A DNA stretch of 64,000 bases from positions 24,697 to 88,696 of the forward strand of contig JAJRPF010000020.1 of the NCBI GenBank assembly GCA_024280885.1, given 5' to 3'. Both the position numbers and the translations under genes were made by a program. The notes beneath the pieces are model-generated. The model made no database searches. It was not told the DNA's origin and was given only the letters and a program-made list of their open reading frames with translations. Every line of letters starts with the position of its first letter. Position 1 is the first letter of the stretch. The stretch is from Planctomycetota bacterium. GTDB lineage: Bacteria; Planctomycetota; JAJSAM01; JAJVHW01. Below, in pieces: positions 30,616 through 39,707 of this stretch.

Positions 30616-30724
30616 AGCGATACGGAGCCAGGACAACTTCGGCAGAGTTCGGAGTTCGGCCGTCGCCATGTCGAGACCGCTGCTCCGAACTCTGCCGAAG
30701 TTGTCCTGGCTCCGTATCGCTCAG
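30616..30724. mobile_element. Copy C of the palindromic MITE-like repeat
   Basis: cagcgatacGGAGCCAGGACAACTTCGGCAGAGTTCGGAG...cgccatgtcgagaccgctgCTCCGAACTCTGCCGAAGTTGTCCTGGCTCCgtatcgctcagg. Intergenic between the kinase start and the gatB stop. Confidence 0.8.
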
Positions 30725-30910
30725 GTCGGACGCCGGTCTTGGATGGTACCCGGCGAGGGGCGGCCCGGCTGGCTCGGCTGCGACGACGCCCTCGGTCCGC
30801 CGCTCGACGGGGACCGCGGGGCGTGCTCGGGACTCCGTCGAATCACAAGGCGTCGATCCGCCGTCCTCACGTAGTGCGTCTTCGCGGAACTTGCCGGGAG
30901 GCGGAGCCTG

Positions 30911-32380
30911 TCACGGACGTCCGAGGACGAGGCCGCGCACCAGTGTGCGGACCATCGCCGCATCGGCGCGTCCGCGCGTCGCTCGCATCACGTCGCCGAC
31001 CAGCACCTCGAGTACCTGCGGGCGACCGGCTCGCGCGGTTTCGACCAGGTCGGGGTGGGCGTCCACGGTCGCGCGCACGGCCGCCGCGACCTCCGCGTCG
31101 TCCGCCATCTCGAGTCCTTCGCGTGCGACGATCTCGCGCCACTTCGTTCCGCGGCGCGCCATTTCGGGCAGGATGATGCGTCGCGCCGCAGCCCGTGGCA
31201 CGCGCCCCCGCTCGACAGCCCGGACGAGCTTGCCGAGGTCCTTCGCCGAGAAGCGCCGATGCACGATGGCTGCCTCGACGAGCGCGAGGTTGCCGACGAT
31301 CCACGCTGCGACGGGGCGTGGGGCGTCGGCCGCGCCGGCGGCGCGCTCGAACCAGTCCGAGAGTGCCAGCGTTTGCGTCAGTTCGTCGGCAACCTCGGCT
31401 GGGAGCCCGAGATCGTCGATGTAGCGCCGTCGTCGCGCGTCCGGTAACTCGCTCTGCGCGGCGCGCGCTGCCTCGGCCAGTTCCGGTGCGCACGTCACGA
31501 CCGGCAGATCCGGCTCGGGCAGGAAGCGATAATCGGCCGCCTCCTCTTTCACCCGTTGGAGCTCGGTCCGCTGGGCCGATTCCGACCATCCGCGTGTCGT
31601 GCGCGGGCCGGGGCCGATCGTCCCCGTCGCATTCCACTCCGCGAGTTGACGCGCAACTTCGTAGTCCACGGCGCGTGCGGCGGCAGTGATGGAGTTCAGG
31701 TTCTTGATCTCCGCGATCGGCGTGGGCGTCCAGGCTGAGCCCGTGCCCGCGTCCGCGCTGCACCGGATGTGGAGATTGACGTTCGGCTCGCAACGCATCT
31801 GGCCGTGTTCCATCTCGGCATCCGAGACACCGATCCAGCGCAGGAGTCGCCGGATCGCGAGCAGACATGCGCGCACGTCTGCGGACGTGCGGAGGTCGGG
31901 CTCGGTCACGATTTCCAGCAGCGCGATGCCGGCGCGATCGAACGCAAGGCGCGTGCGTTCTTCGTCGTGGATCGAGCGCCCCGTGTCCTCCTCAAGGTGG
32001 ACGCGCTGGATGCGCACTTCGCGCGGCCCGTCGCCGCCCTCGAAGCGGAGCAGGCCGTCGGTGCCGATGGGCGACGCGTGTTGCGTGATCTGATAGCCCT
32101 TCGGCAGATCGGCGTAGCCGTAGTGCTTGCGATCCCACCAGGTGTGTTGCGCGATTCGGCAGCCCAGAGCGACGGCGGCCCGCACCGAGAGATCCAGCGC
32201 GGCGCGCGAGAGCACAGGGAGCGCCCCCGGGAGACCAAGGCAGACCGGGCATGTGCGCGAGTTCGGTCCATCGCCACCCGACGCGGCGCAGGCGCAGAAG
32301 CACTTCGTGCGCGTGCGCAACTGCGCGTGGACCTCAAGGCCGACCACGATCCGGTACTCGGGGTCGGGAGTGTCCGTCAC
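30911..32380 (-). CDS. gatB: Asp-tRNA(Asn)/Glu-tRNA(Gln) amidotransferase subunit B
   Basis: 489-aa product with full-length GatB family similarity (VGLEVHAQL, CPVCLGLPG, HLEEDTG, the EIVTEP... C-terminal YqeY-like tail). Start overlaps the gatA stop by 4 nt. Confidence 0.9.
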   Translation of the reverse strand: MTDTPDPEYRIVVGLEVHAQLRTRTKCFCACAASGGDGPNSRTCPVCLGLPGALPVLSRAALDLSVRAAVALGCRIAQHTWWDRKHYGYADLPKGYQITQHASPIGTDGLLRFEGGDGPREVRIQRVHLEEDTGRSIHDEERTRLAFDRAGIALLEIVTEPDLRTSADVRACLLAIRRLLRWIGVSDAEMEHGQMRCEPNVNLHIRCSADAGTGSAWTPTPIAEIKNLNSITAAARAVDYEVARQLAEWNATGTIGPGPRTTRGWSESAQRTELQRVKEEAADYRFLPEPDLPVVTCAPELAEAARAAQSELPDARRRRYIDDLGLPAEVADELTQTLALSDWFERAAGAADAPRPVAAWIVGNLALVEAAIVHRRFSAKDLGKLVRAVERGRVPRAAARRIILPEMARRGTKWREIVAREGLEMADDAEVAAAVRATVDAHPDLVETARAGRPQVLEVLVGDVMRATRGRADAAMVRTLVRGLVLGRP

Positions 32381-33960
32381 GAGGCCACCGCTTCGATGAA
32401 GGGCGTGGGGATCGCCGGTGTCCCGAACGCGCGTTCGAGTGCGCCCGCGACGCGGAAGAGCAGGTCCTCGCGGCCGACAGCGGCGACCGCCTGAATTCCG
32501 ATCGGGAGCCCGGCTTCGTCGTGACCGGCCGGGATCGAGATCGCCGGCAGACCGGCGAGACTCGCCGGGGTGGTCAGCACGTCCGCTGCGTACATCCGCA
32601 GCGGGTCGGATGTTCGCGTGCCGAGTGCGAATGCAGTGGTTGGCGTCGTGGGGGAGAGGAGGACGTCCACGTTCTCGAAGAGTTCCGCGAACGCCGTGCG
32701 CAGACGTTGCCGCGTCGCCTCCGCGCGGCCGTGCAACGCATCGCGGCGTCCCGCAGAGAGCGCCATGGTTCCGAGGACGATCCGCCGCTGTACCTCGGGG
32801 CCGAAGCCTTCGCCGCGCGTGTTGCGCGCGCTCGTCTCGGCATTGACACCCGCCACACGCGTGCCGTAGCGGACGCCGTCGTACCTGGCGAGGTTCGACG
32901 CTGCCTCGGCCGCAGCGATCAGGTGGTACGCCGCGAGTGCATCGGCGGCGCCCGGCAGCACGGCGTCGCGCAGCGTCGCCCCCGCTTGCGTCAGAGCGGC
33001 ACGCGACGCGGCGAGTGCGTCGGCGACAGCGGTCTCCACGCAGTCCCTCTTCTCGGTCACGGTCGCGGCCGCAGGGACGACTCCGGTGCTCGAACCGCTG
33101 GTGCTCGAACTGCCGGTACTCGAACTGCCGGTACTCGAACCGACCGTACCCACGTCAGCGATGGAGAGCACGCCGATGCGCACCTCGCGTACACCGGCCG
33201 GAACATCGTCACGCCAATCCGGCGGCGCGTCGTGGACGCTTGTGGCATCGCGCGCGTCGCCGCCGGAAAGAACGCGCAAGAGCGCCGCCAGATCGTCGGC
33301 CTGGCGTGCGAAGGCCCCGACGCGATCCAGCGACGACGCGAACGCCACCAGCCCGCGTCGCGAGACCCGTCCGTACGAGGGCGCAATCCCGAATACGCCA
33401 CAGAACGCCGCCGGTTGGCGCACCGATCCGCCGGTGTCACTGCCGAGCGCGAGGGGCACGAGCCCCGCGGCCACGGCTGCCGCGCTGCCCCCACTGCTGC
33501 CGCCTGGGACGCGCGTCGCGTCCCACGGATTCGTGGTCGGTCCAAACGCAGACCACTCGGTTGAGGAGCCCATCCCGAACTCGTCCATATTGGTCTTGCC
33601 AAAGGGCACGGCGTCGGCCGCGACGAGTCGCTCGACGACGTCCGCGTCGTAGGGCGCGTGCCACGCCGCCAGCATGCGTGAGCCGCATGTCGTCGGCAGC
33701 CCGCGCTGGCAGAAGTTATCCTTCAGGGCGACGGGTACGCCCGCCAGCGGACCGAGTTGGCGTCCCTCGGCGAGCCGCTGATCGACCTGGTCTGCCGCGG
33801 CGAGAGTGCGCTCGTCGTCGAGGTCCACAAAGGCGCGCAGAGTGCCGTCGAATTGCCGCACCCGCGCGAGGAATGCCAGCGTGACGTCCCGCGCGGAGAA
33901 CTCGCGTGCGCGCACTCCGACCGCGATGCGGCGGGCGCCAAGTTGATGCAACGGCTTCAC
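32377..33960 (-). CDS. gatA: Glu-tRNA(Gln) amidotransferase subunit A (amidase signature family), carrying a Ser/Gly/Thr-rich insertion
   Basis: Amidase signature GGSSGGSAAAVAAG, a KDNF..G..TTCGS block, and a conserved C-terminus. Contains the non-conserved insert VGTVGSSTGSSSTGSSSTSGSSTG. Confidence 0.9.
   Translation of the reverse strand: MKPLHQLGARRIAVGVRAREFSARDVTLAFLARVRQFDGTLRAFVDLDDERTLAAADQVDQRLAEGRQLGPLAGVPVALKDNFCQRGLPTTCGSRMLAAWHAPYDADVVERLVAADAVPFGKTNMDEFGMGSSTEWSAFGPTTNPWDATRVPGGSSGGSAAAVAAGLVPLALGSDTGGSVRQPAAFCGVFGIAPSYGRVSRRGLVAFASSLDRVGAFARQADDLAALLRVLSGGDARDATSVHDAPPDWRDDVPAGVREVRIGVLSIADVGTVGSSTGSSSTGSSSTSGSSTGVVPAAATVTEKRDCVETAVADALAASRAALTQAGATLRDAVLPGAADALAAYHLIAAAEAASNLARYDGVRYGTRVAGVNAETSARNTRGEGFGPEVQRRIVLGTMALSAGRRDALHGRAEATRQRLRTAFAELFENVDVLLSPTTPTTAFALGTRTSDPLRMYAADVLTTPASLAGLPAISIPAGHDEAGLPIGIQAVAAVGREDLLFRVAGALERAFGTPAIPTPFIEAVAS
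33085..33150 (-). repeat. Four tandem copies of a 15-nt unit inside gatA
   Basis: Plus-strand ggtgctcgaaccgct / ggtgctcgaactgcc / ggtactcgaactgcc / ggtactcgaaccgac. Encodes the GSSST-type low-complexity insert in GatA. Confidence 0.8.
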
Positions 33961-33984
33961 GACGGGCGGCTCATGACGGGGGCT

Positions 33985-34350
33985 TCACGGACGCGTGGAA
34001 TTCCGGCCGGGAACAGGAATATCGGCGACGCGCGCCACGACGAAGGCGTTGCCGTCCACCGCCGGAGCGCCCGCGAGTGCGGCGTCGCTCGAGAGCCCGG
34101 GTGCGGGCACATCGTCACGCAGGACATCGGTGAGCCCAGCCGGATGCGACGGTGCGCAGTCGGCGTTGGATACAACGGACGGGTCCGCGCCGCGGCGCGT
34201 CTCCGGGAGGTCTTGCCACGCGGCGGCGAGGCGTCGGCACGCGCTCACCACGCGCTCGCGGACGTCGTCGGAGAGCGCGAGTCGCGCAAGGGAGATCACG
34301 TCGTGGACTCCGTCCGCGGCGTCCGCCGTGTCCCCCACGCGCGCGCTCAC
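33985..34350 (-). CDS. gatC: Glu-tRNA(Gln) amidotransferase subunit C
   Basis: VHDVISLARLALSDDVRERV...APSHPAGLTDVLRDDVP...AVDGNAFVVARV matches the GatC family. The start is uncertain (GTG at 34350 abutting the upstream stop, or an internal start giving ~95 aa). Confidence 0.65.
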   Translation of the reverse strand: MSARVGDTADAADGVHDVISLARLALSDDVRERVVSACRRLAAAWQDLPETRRGADPSVVSNADCAPSHPAGLTDVLRDDVPAPGLSSDAALAGAPAVDGNAFVVARVADIPVPGRNSTRP

Positions 34351-35678
34351 TCGGCCAGGATCTCCGCGACGCGCGCGATGCAGGCGGGGTCCGCGAGGAT
34401 CGTGACGTGTGTGCCCGCGCCGAGATCCGTTGCGACGATTGCGCTCGCCCAGCCGGGCGTATCCGACATCACGAGACTGCGCCAGGGCACGAGCCCGTCG
34501 CCCTCGCCGGAGGCGAGAGAGAGTGGGTCGAAGTCCGCGCCACCGCTGATAAGGGCCGTCAGATCCACCTCGTCGAGCGTGCCGACTTCGACGCCGAGTT
34601 GCTCGGTCGGCAACGACGTGTACCCCAGCGCGAAGAACTCTGCACGCGCGTCGGGACCGATGTCGTTGAGCGGACGGAGCGGTGAGTCGAGGTCCAGATC
34701 CAGCCCCGCGAGATCACCTGGCAGGAACGCGCCGAATGTGTTCAGGAGGTCCGGTGTCAGGGCCAGGCGCTGCTCGCCGAGGAAGGGCACGTTGACGGTC
34801 ACGAATGCCCACGGGTACGTGGGATAGAACGTGCGCAGTGTGTCGACGCTGAGTGTGTCGTCGAGGACTGCGCCCAGGGCATCGCCGAGCGCATTATCCG
34901 CGCCGAGACCGGGAATGAGCCCGGCGAGCGCGTCGCCGAAGAGGTCGGTCTCCAGCCCCAGTCCGATCACCTGCGCGAGTGGCGCTCCCTCGTTGGGCGT
35001 CGCGAGGAAGATCATGCGCTGGACCTTGCCTGCGCCCTTGTCGGCCAACCAGCGTCGCGCGACCAGACCGCCCATCGAGTAACCGATCACATCGACCTTG
35101 CCGAACGAGGTGCCGCGCAGCGCGCGCCGCACCGTCTTGTGAAGCCCCTTCGCGAGCTTGGGCAGCGACGTGTCGAGACTCGCGTACTCGTGCACGATCA
35201 TCGTCGGCCGCTTGCCGCCTTGCTCGTAGCTGCCACCGCCGACAAGATCGACTGCGGTACCGAACGCCGCCACGCCGTTCGGGCCGAGTTCGTTCCCGAG
35301 ACCGCCGAGCAGGATAACGGGCAGAGGGATGGTCGCTCGCACCGGACGCACGCTGACGGAGCCATCGGCTCCCTCGGCCACCGCTTGCACGTCGAAAGTC
35401 AGCGCGCGGTCGAGCTTGCGCAGACGCAATCGCTTCGCATCGATCTTCACTCGTAGGCGGCGCGTGCCCGAGCGGCGCACGCGCTTGCGCTTGCTGACCC
35501 GCTTGCCGTTGACCGTGCCCTCGACGCGCAGCTCTCCCGCACCCTCGAACGTGGCTTCGATCGTTACAGTGAGGCGACGGTTGCGGCTGATCGATGTCTC
35601 GACCCGCTCGATCACCGGATCGGCGAGCGCGGGCACCGCTGCGGCGAGGATCAGGAGTGCGGCGACGGCGTATCTCAC
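34347..35678 (-). CDS. Secreted lipase/esterase (alpha/beta hydrolase, PGAP1/lipase class 2-like)
   Basis: GTG start at 35676-35678 with GAGAGGAA upstream. VRYAVAALLILAAAVPALA signal peptide. GYSMGG nucleophile elbow. N-terminal beta-rich domain. Confidence 0.7.
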   Translation of the reverse strand: MRYAVAALLILAAAVPALADPVIERVETSISRNRRLTVTIEATFEGAGELRVEGTVNGKRVSKRKRVRRSGTRRLRVKIDAKRLRLRKLDRALTFDVQAVAEGADGSVSVRPVRATIPLPVILLGGLGNELGPNGVAAFGTAVDLVGGGSYEQGGKRPTMIVHEYASLDTSLPKLAKGLHKTVRRALRGTSFGKVDVIGYSMGGLVARRWLADKGAGKVQRMIFLATPNEGAPLAQVIGLGLETDLFGDALAGLIPGLGADNALGDALGAVLDDTLSVDTLRTFYPTYPWAFVTVNVPFLGEQRLALTPDLLNTFGAFLPGDLAGLDLDLDSPLRPLNDIGPDARAEFFALGYTSLPTEQLGVEVGTLDEVDLTALISGGADFDPLSLASGEGDGLVPWRSLVMSDTPGWASAIVATDLGAGTHVTILADPACIARVAEILAE

Positions 35679-36238
35679 GGCAGGTTCCTCTCGCGCATGT
35701 TCAGCGACAGAATCTCGATCTGACGCAGATGGTCGCCGTCGTGGCGTCCCCAGCGTCGGACGAGATCCACGAACGTCGCCTTTCCGATCAATGGGTGCTG
35801 CAACGCGCGCCCCCAATCTTCCGCCCCGGTGCCCTCGACGAGCGCCACGTTCTCGGTGCGCGCGGCCTCCCAAGCCGTGATGATCTCGGTGAGGTTGTAC
35901 TTTGAGTCGTTCTCGTCGCGAACCGCGTGCTCCTCGATGTCGAGCGGCTGCAGCACGGGGTTCTCCTCGGCGAGGACCTGCCGCAGGCGAGGGCGGAAGA
36001 CGTCGCGCTCCATGTCGAGCAGGTGCCAGACGTGCTCGAAGAGCGAGAGCTTGCCCACTCCGGGCTTCCGGGCGCAGTCAGTCGAATCGAGACCATCGCA
36101 GAGTTCGCGGAGCTTCGGCGGGCCCGCGCGGGCTGCCTCGACGCTCTGCCGGATGGTGTCGATGGGATCGGGGATATCGCTCACGTTGCGCAGCATACAC
36201 GAGCCCGCGCCGTCCGAGAGGCTCCCCGACGGGGACAA
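35675..36238 (-). CDS. DinB/YfiT-like (DinB_2 family) metal-dependent protein
   Basis: HVWHLLDMERD ... EIITAWEAARTEN ... HDGDHLRQI resemble the DinB_2 four-helix bundle His motifs. The stop overlaps the lipase start. The start is uncertain (M1 36238 or M15 36196). Confidence 0.55.
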   Translation of the reverse strand: MSPSGSLSDGAGSCMLRNVSDIPDPIDTIRQSVEAARAGPPKLRELCDGLDSTDCARKPGVGKLSLFEHVWHLLDMERDVFRPRLRQVLAEENPVLQPLDIEEHAVRDENDSKYNLTEIITAWEAARTENVALVEGTGAEDWGRALQHPLIGKATFVDLVRRWGRHDGDHLRQIEILSLNMRERNLP

Positions 36239-36329
36239 TTCCTCTTCCTCCTCCGAGACGCTCGTCCGTCGGAACCGCGGGGGGCTGGATCAAGGGACGG
36301 GGTATTCTCTGCCGTCTGGAGGACCTTTG

Positions 36330-37694
36330 ATGACCCGCCGCCTCACCTCGCCACGATTTCTCACCGCTTGCCTCGCCGCCACGATCGGACTCTCCGCCAC
36401 GGCGCTCGTCGTGCCTGCACGTGCGCAGGAGAAGGAGCCCGCCCCGGAGCCTGTAGAGACGGAACCTGTACAGGCTGGGCCTGCGCAGGCTGCACCGGCA
36501 AAGGACAGCGGGGACGCCGCGCGAGCCCAGGCGTTGTTGGGGCGCTTGAGCGCGCTCTACGTCGTCGCCGCAGAGCGACCGACGTCCGACGCGATCCGGG
36601 CGGCGGCAGGCGATCCGAAGGCGGTCGCGAGGGCGCGTTCCGAAAAGGCGGCGAAGAAACGTGAGTGGGTCGCGAGCCTGAGGGCGATCCCGGGGCTCGC
36701 CGCGGACTACGTCGCGGCGGCCGGGGCGGGGGCGAACCCCACTGCCTGGTATTTCTCCGGGTACGCACGAGCGACGCGCACGACCGTCGCGTCGAAGGGC
36801 GACGTCGAAGGGCTGCTTGACGGTGCGATCGGCGATCTCGAGACCTATCTCGAGCGTGCGCCGTACGACGCGGTCTATCGCAGCGATGCCCACCGAACGC
36901 TGGCGTACACGCTCGTCCGCGTGGCGAAGGGCGACGGCGCACTGCTCGGGAAGGCGGTCCCGCATGCGGACATCGCAGTGCGCGCGTACCTTTCCAACGG
37001 GCAGGCACGCGACGCGGGACGCCTCGCCCACATGATGCTCAAGAGCCTGATCGCCGCTGATCGAGAGGCGGACGCGGCGAAGCTCGCGTCAGGCTGGGAC
37101 GTCGAGAAGGCGGATCTCGGTCCGTCGTCCGATGGCGTGCGCGCACTCGCTCGCCGTGCGCGGCTGCGTCCGGGCCTCGAACTCGCGAAGCTCCCCGCGC
37201 TCACCTCCTACACCGGCGCCCCGATGCCCTGGGACTCGCTGAAGGGGAAGCCCTTCATCCTGCATTTCTTCAGCACCGTCGTCAGTACGCCGACACGCGA
37301 CATCGAGACGATTCTCGTGCCGCTGAAGAAGAAGTGGAAGGACGCCGGACTGCTCTTCGTCGGTTGCTCCACCGATCGCGAGATGACCGCGGCGGAGATC
37401 GAGCAGACGAAGAAGAACTGGGAAGAGTGGGGGAAGACGGACCAACTCCGCGATGGGAGCCTCGCGTCCGTGCGCGGTTGGGCCGAGAAGCGCGGTCTCG
37501 ACTGGCCGTGGTTCTGGGACGGCAAGTGGATGCACAACGCGCTCGTGAAGGCGGTCGGAGCGCCGGTGGCCGGGCCCTACGCCATCCTTGTCGGCAGAGA
37601 CGGCAAGATCGCGTGGCGCGGCGCGCCATTCAACGGGCTGAAGGAAGCGACCGAAGCCCTCATGGCGAAGAAGTCGGCGCCGGACAAGAAGTAG
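36330..37694 (+). CDS. Secreted TlpA/redoxin-like thioredoxin-fold protein lacking the CxxC motif, with an N-terminal helical domain
   Basis: ATG 36330 (MTRRLTSPRFLTACLAATIGLSATALVVPARA signal). The C-terminal ~130 aa has the thioredoxin-like layout (GKPFILHFFSTVVSTP ... LLFVGCSTD ... PYAILVGRDGKIAWRG). The position of WCxxC is occupied by FSTVVSTP (~37260-37292). Confidence 0.6.
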   Translation: MTRRLTSPRFLTACLAATIGLSATALVVPARAQEKEPAPEPVETEPVQAGPAQAAPAKDSGDAARAQALLGRLSALYVVAAERPTSDAIRAAAGDPKAVARARSEKAAKKREWVASLRAIPGLAADYVAAAGAGANPTAWYFSGYARATRTTVASKGDVEGLLDGAIGDLETYLERAPYDAVYRSDAHRTLAYTLVRVAKGDGALLGKAVPHADIAVRAYLSNGQARDAGRLAHMMLKSLIAADREADAAKLASGWDVEKADLGPSSDGVRALARRARLRPGLELAKLPALTSYTGAPMPWDSLKGKPFILHFFSTVVSTPTRDIETILVPLKKKWKDAGLLFVGCSTDREMTAAEIEQTKKNWEEWGKTDQLRDGSLASVRGWAEKRGLDWPWFWDGKWMHNALVKAVGAPVAGPYAILVGRDGKIAWRGAPFNGLKEATEALMAKKSAPDKK

Positions 37695-37793
37695 CTGACC
37701 GCCAAGAAGTAGGCGCCGCTACGACACCGTAGCGCTAGCGCGATCTGTTGACGTCCGGTCCGCGACGCCCGGCCTACGACGTCTGGGGCCCGG

Positions 37794-38636
37794 TCACTTC
37801 TGGCCGAGGCGCGTGCGCTCCATGGCGTCGAGAGCGCCGTCGAAGATCGTGCGCCACTCCTTCTGATTGTCGAGGTAGCTCTTGAGCTGATCCTTGGTGA
37901 GCACCTCGGACATGCGTGCGTCCCGCTTGTCCCAGATCGTCGTCAGCTTCGGCTTCACCTGCGAGTAGTCGGCCTTCTCGATCCCCGCGGCGAGGAAGGG
38001 GGCGACCTCCCGTACGGACGACGCCATCTCCTCCTGCAGGATATCGACGACAGTCTCCTCGTCGGAGGCGCTCAGGCCGAGTTGCGTCGCCATCATCTTG
38101 GCGTCGGCGTTGATCTGTGTGCGCCGATCGGCGTCGCCCTCTGTTCCGCCCTTCGCAATCGTGGCCAGGCGCTTCTTGAGCATGATCGGCCCGTTCTGCC
38201 CTGCGATCTGGCGCATCTGCGCGCGCACGGCTGCGACGCGGTCCTGGTCGAGTTGGAGGCGCTCCGTGGGCGTGAGGTCAAGCGGCTCCGAGATGGCCTG
38301 TGTCGCGACGCCGCCCGGTATGGCGACGGCCGTCCCGTCCGGCGCGGCCCCCTTCAGCGCCTCGACGTCGCGCCGCAGGGCGTCGATCTGTGCTGCGCGT
38401 TGCAGGGCGGCATTGGCCGTATCCTCGACGACCCGCATCCGCTCCTCGATGTTCAAGAGTCGCCGATCGAGTTCGTCCACCCGCGCCCGCGACCCGGAGT
38501 CCGAGGTGCCCGACCTGCTGACAGGTTGCCCCCCGTCAGGCGGTGTCGCGAGCGACCCTCCGAAGAGTCCGGCACCGAGCGAGAGGACGACGACCACAAG
38601 GCCGCCAGCGACGAGAGGGATGGAGTTATTGGCCAT
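37794..38636 (-). CDS. Membrane-anchored coiled-coil protein (hypothetical)
   Basis: N-terminal TM helix IPLVAGGLVVVVLSLGAGLFGG, followed by heptad-like, charged helical sequence. Clean single frame. Confidence 0.55.
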   Translation of the reverse strand: MANNSIPLVAGGLVVVVLSLGAGLFGGSLATPPDGGQPVSRSGTSDSGSRARVDELDRRLLNIEERMRVVEDTANAALQRAAQIDALRRDVEALKGAAPDGTAVAIPGGVATQAISEPLDLTPTERLQLDQDRVAAVRAQMRQIAGQNGPIMLKKRLATIAKGGTEGDADRRTQINADAKMMATQLGLSASDEETVVDILQEEMASSVREVAPFLAAGIEKADYSQVKPKLTTIWDKRDARMSEVLTKDQLKSYLDNQKEWRTIFDGALDAMERTRLGQK

Positions 38637-38731
38637 CCCGGGAGTCTACCGCCCCTCGCCAAATGCCGTCGGGGACACCCTGCCGTTTCTTGCGGGTGTC
38701 CCCTTGTTTCGATCATCACCGGTGCTCGGGC

Positions 38732-39148
38732 TCAGGTGTCCACGCGGACCTCGATCGTGCGCGGACGCTTCTCGGCGCGGCGCGGGATGAGCACGGTGAG
38801 CAGGCCGTTCTTGAGATCCGCCTCGATGGCGTCGCGATCGGCGTCGTCTGTCAGGGCAAACGATCGGCGGAACGCTGTTGCGCGCCATTCCAGCCGCCGC
38901 ACCTGCCCCTCCGGCTCGTCGATCTTCGGCGTGGCCTCGACGATGAGGTGGTCGTTCTCGATACGCACCTGCACGTCGTCCTGGGTGACGCCGGGCAATT
39001 CGATGGCGAGTTGCGCCGCACAATCCGTCTCCCAGATGTCAGCGCGGGGGACGACGGTCGGGCGGCGGGTCGTAGCGGGTGTGGACGCGCCGTTGGCGGC
39101 ACCTGTGGCGGGTCGGGGCGCGCAGCAGTCGAGAGTGTTCTTTGTCAT
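38732..39148 (-). CDS. Small heat-shock protein, Hsp20/alpha-crystallin family
   Basis: 138 aa. The alpha-crystallin domain PRADIWETD...LAIELPGV...DVQVRIENDHLIVEA...FRRSFALTDDADRDAIEADLKNGLLTVLIPR. ATG as cat at 39146-39148 with AGGATT upstream. Confidence 0.85.
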   Translation of the reverse strand: MTKNTLDCCAPRPATGAANGASTPATTRRPTVVPRADIWETDCAAQLAIELPGVTQDDVQVRIENDHLIVEATPKIDEPEGQVRRLEWRATAFRRSFALTDDADRDAIEADLKNGLLTVLIPRRAEKRPRTIEVRVDT

Positions 39149-39152
39149 GGGT

Positions 39153-39707
39153 CTAATCCTCTGTGTTCTGGGTTGTGTTCGACGCGTCGCCGGACGGGCC
39201 GATGCTCCCGGCGTCCATCTGCGCGTTGGGTTGTGGTGTGTCCGTGTCGCCCACGTCGGTGTCGTAGCGAACGTCGATGCGGCGCGGACGGGCCTCGGCG
39301 GCTCTCGGTAGCGTGACGTGCAGGATGCCGTCGCGATAGCGGGCCGCGATATGCTCGCTGTCGACGGGCGTCGGGAACTCGATCGCACGTGCGAACGCGC
39401 CGGTACAGCGCTCGTTCGTGAACCGGCGCCGCGCGTCGTCCGGGATGCCCGGGCGCTCGCCCGACACCCGCAACACATCGCCTTCGACCGAGACCTCGAG
39501 CCGCTCCGGGTCGACGCCAGGGAGCAGGAACCGGACCTCGAACGCGAGCTCCGATTCGTGCAATGTGAACGGCGGCTGCCACGCGCGCTTTGCCCGCGGC
39601 GCAGTCGCCGCGTGCATCTGGCCCAGCGCCCGCCGACGCATGTCGTCGTGCAACCTGCCCAACGTCTCGAACGGGTGAACTCGATTGAGTTGCCTCAGGT
39701 ACGTCAT
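39153..39707 (-). CDS. Small heat-shock protein, Hsp20/alpha-crystallin family (second tandem copy, longer tails)
   Basis: 184 aa. AWQPPFTLHESELAFEVRFLLPGVDPERLEVSVEGDVLRVSGER...FARAIEFPTPVDSEHIAARYRDGILHVTLPR. ATG as cat at 39705-39707 with a strong GGAGGAG RBS. Confidence 0.85.
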   Translation of the reverse strand: MTYLRQLNRVHPFETLGRLHDDMRRRALGQMHAATAPRAKRAWQPPFTLHESELAFEVRFLLPGVDPERLEVSVEGDVLRVSGERPGIPDDARRRFTNERCTGAFARAIEFPTPVDSEHIAARYRDGILHVTLPRAAEARPRRIDVRYDTDVGDTDTPQPNAQMDAGSIGPSGDASNTTQNTED

